This document shows, in pieces, positions 61,201-64,000 of a DNA stretch of 64,000 bases; positions within the stretch are counted from its first letter, which is position 1; every line of letters starts with the position of its first letter. The position numbers were made by a program, and so were the translations under genes. Source of the stretch: Paraphysomonas bandaiensis. Its lineage: Eukaryota > Protista > Chrysophyceae. The notes under the pieces are model-generated. The model searched no databases. It worked only from the letters and a program-made list of their open reading frames with translations, and was not told the DNA's origin. The DNA lies in assembly GCA_965644295.1 (NCBI GenBank), contig CBFFRP010000405.1, forward strand, positions 62,001 through 126,000, in the 5' to 3' direction.

Positions 61201-63973
61201 CAAACCTGCTGCCGCAGCAGTGGAAGAAGATGCTCCTACTCTCTCCCTCACCCCACTTGATACGGAAAAAGCTGGAGGTTTCTCGATGGGGGACGATATG
61301 GACGCACCTTTCAGACTGGAGATGACTCCACCTGAAGGAGAGACCGGGAAGAACAAACCTGCAAATCGCAGTGAACGTCGATACAGGTTCAGTTTTACCA
61401 GATGCTTAGTTTCCTTTCGTCTTACATTGCTACAGTGGGGCAGCTCCGATACCTGCTGCGGCATCCGAATGTGATGGAGAGAACACCTGGCGCGTGGTGG
61501 ACTCACTTAGTCCATCTACGACTTCCAGACGAATCAGCTTAGGTGCAGAGGTGAGATAGAGACCTGTCATATTGATACAGTATACCTATGCTGACGTCTG
61601 TGATAGGGTTCAAGCGAATTAGATAGTGTATGCACTGATATTATAAGCAAAGTTGACGACATGCTGAAAGGGCAGCAGAGTCGTTCCGTGAATGATTATA
61701 GTAGTATTTCTCAGGTATGGAGTTAAACTGTGTGTTGTGTCCACTTTCTAACTAGTACGACAAAGACTGCAAAAGAGTATCTTAAAATTCAGCACACCAT
61801 TCTCCGTGATGAATGGTCCACTGAAAAGCTGTCGGTGGCTGATAATGAGGTTTTAGCTGCCACCGTCGTTATATATTTTATTCACTGACTGTTCACAGGT
61901 GCTTCTTAAGCGCATGCCGTCTCTGATTGACCGAGCCGTAAGGTGTATATCATGCCACCACTGTTGAATTTATAATAGTGTTTAATATATGGTCAGATGT
62001 CTGCGTCATGGTTTTTCTAATCCCCTTGTGAGCAACACTGCATCATCTGTTCCCTCGGGGTCGGTTCTCTCCCACCCCCTTTCCAAGACAATGGACCCCG
62101 GGCTCGTAATTGTGTCTATTGCAGTCATATGTGCAGTGGTAAGATGGTGATTAATTTATAGCACTGGGGTACTTATAGTATTGTGCAGTTAGATCGCAAA
62201 GACATGAGTCGCAGCATCAGTGAAGAATCGATTCGTCTGGTGATAGAGGAAGCAGTAAGGCACCTCGTTGACCCTCGTTTATCTAGTGTAGAAGCGGCTG
62301 GTGATGAGATCGACCTCGCGCGGCAGCTCTCTAGTGGACTCACGGCAGTTGTTTTGAAAGTTGTGAAGAGCCCCTACATAAAGCAAGGTTGTTTGTTTGA
62401 CGCGGTCTGTGGTCGTCCTGATTTTTTGTAGGAACGGTTATGTGTGCTATAATCAACAACCTTATGCTCTGCATTGAAGACAAGCCTCACTCGGTATGTG
62501 AACTACTAGTACGAGACAATGTTACCTCATCCATTACTCAGCGCCCATTGCCGTCGGGTTGCACTCGCCCTCTTTCCCGCCTTCTGCTGAAGGTATCGAT
62601 TGTCGTACCTATGTAAACTCTATTGCTGTCTATTAATCTGCTCGTAGCTATTGGATGCTGAAGCCGGCCGAGGTGCAGATGCCGCCTTCCGCATGCCTAA
62701 CGTGGATTGCATGCGTTTGGTTTCCGTCTTAAATACCTTTTTTAACGAGCACCCGGCCTCACCGCCGCAAGATGAGACGCCCTATTGCTGTGCGAAAACC
62801 GTTCTCGCTGAGGTAAGTTGATATCGCGTCATCCCAATGAAACAGTCACTGTAATATTTCCAGATGATTAAGGCTCTGGGCATCTTGGAGGTATTACGTA
62901 TTACGAAAATCCTTAAGATTCCCCCCACGTCATTCCTACGTCGGTACTGAGTCTACCTTTCCACTTTAGCTTTGGTTGATTGTTTTCAGGCTAATCGACC
63001 GAATAGATGTGGACTCCAATTGTGGCCGCGGATTGCCTGAGTCTTCTGTGGCCCCGGATTTAAGCGCCAAGATTGTAGCTATCGTCGACAGAATTAATCA
63101 CGTATGTCCTTGAATCATCACCATAGTTGACGATATAAATTTTGCTTTTGCAGTCTCGTGATAAGATGGCTCCCATTCGTGATCTTCATCAACTGGCGAA
63201 GGTAACTTACGATGACGATGCCTGTAATGTCTTGACGGATGTGTAATAGGCCCATCCTGAAATAGTTGTCGCCCACTACTTGCGACACTTATCTTCCACA
63301 TTCCAGAACTATGTTATGGATGCGCTGGCTAAGCTAGGTATAATGCACTGTCGTGAAGCTGACACCTCTTACGGTACGCAGATGATCCACATCAACAGTC
63401 GGCGTCGGATACAGAGGGTTTGGTTTCTGAACTACCTGCACCACCTCGAAAGCCAGTTTCGGCTGCTGTCGAGCCACCAAGTGCTCCTAATTCTGCTGCT
63501 GTCCCGGCGGAAGGTGGTGCCTCCGAAGCACTGCGTATTTTGGAGGGACTTAAGTCACGACCGCGCAACATTAGAAGCGGCTCAACGTTTCATGGTGCCG
63601 GAAACTTGGACGCTGATAACAGTGACTTGGTTTCTGTGGGCAGTATGTCGAGCAGGTTTATGGAAATTCTATGTGGAAAGTAAAACTGATTTCTATACAT
63701 TCCAGATCTTCATCGGTGAATCGCGCTATTATTCAGGACAAAATTAAGGGTACACTGAGCTCTTTGTCTGCCTCCCTGTCTCTCGACCCTACACCTGGCT
63801 CTCCATTAGCTGTTGGTACGTTCAATATTTTTTGTAACCATTGTAATAACCCGATATCAGCTTCATCTGGTGCTGTGAGTAACTCTGAAGGGGATTTAGC
63901 GGCCCGTCTGCAACGCCTCAAAAAAATGGACAGCTCACGGTCTCGCGAGACTTTCACTCACGATAATTTGTAA
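55222..63973 (+). CDS. MOR1: XMAP215/Dis1 (MOR1/CKAP5) TOG-domain microtubule polymerase, about 40 short introns
   Basis: RLEDKNWKTR, EEKWSEQ, SDKWQDK, SWQNRK TOG starts; GLRCKNKKTRVNC; reading frame can be followed through GT-AG introns to the stop at 63973. Confidence 0.95.
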
Positions 63974-64000
63974 TTCCCTTATGATCTATTCATGGAGTAA

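Noticed and set aside
1-64000. CRISPR array or prokaryotic operon-type system
   Set aside because: Repeats are dispersed, not regularly spaced, and genes are spliced eukaryotic genes.

Overview
Eukaryotic nuclear DNA, most likely a stramenopile/ochrophyte and probably chrysophyte-like. This is inferred from a silicon transporter, dense 45-65 nt GT-AG introns and stramenopile-type gene families. About 12 host genes are present: MYND/ankyrin protein, truncated SIT, RVxF protein, CDF metal transporter, SDR, coiled-coil protein, LRR protein, AGC kinase, secreted beta-propeller, eEF1B, GT41-like glycosyltransferase and XMAP215/MOR1. There are two Ty1/Copia LTR retrotransposons, one decayed and one intact with apparently identical LTRs and a 5-bp TSD. 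The most interesting signal is intergenic: a non-LTR retroposon system with two parts. One part is a ~400-550 bp non-coding SINE-like family whose 5' end folds like an HDV-type self-cleaving ribozyme (5 head copies). The other is a set of 5'-truncated LINE-like 3' ends whose ORFs end in a PKGRPPD-type motif. Both carry the same covarying three-way-junction/GNRA RNA motif near the 3' end (12 copies in 64 kb), and five insertions have 12-18 bp TSDs. All alignments and folds were done by eye; no database searches were run.
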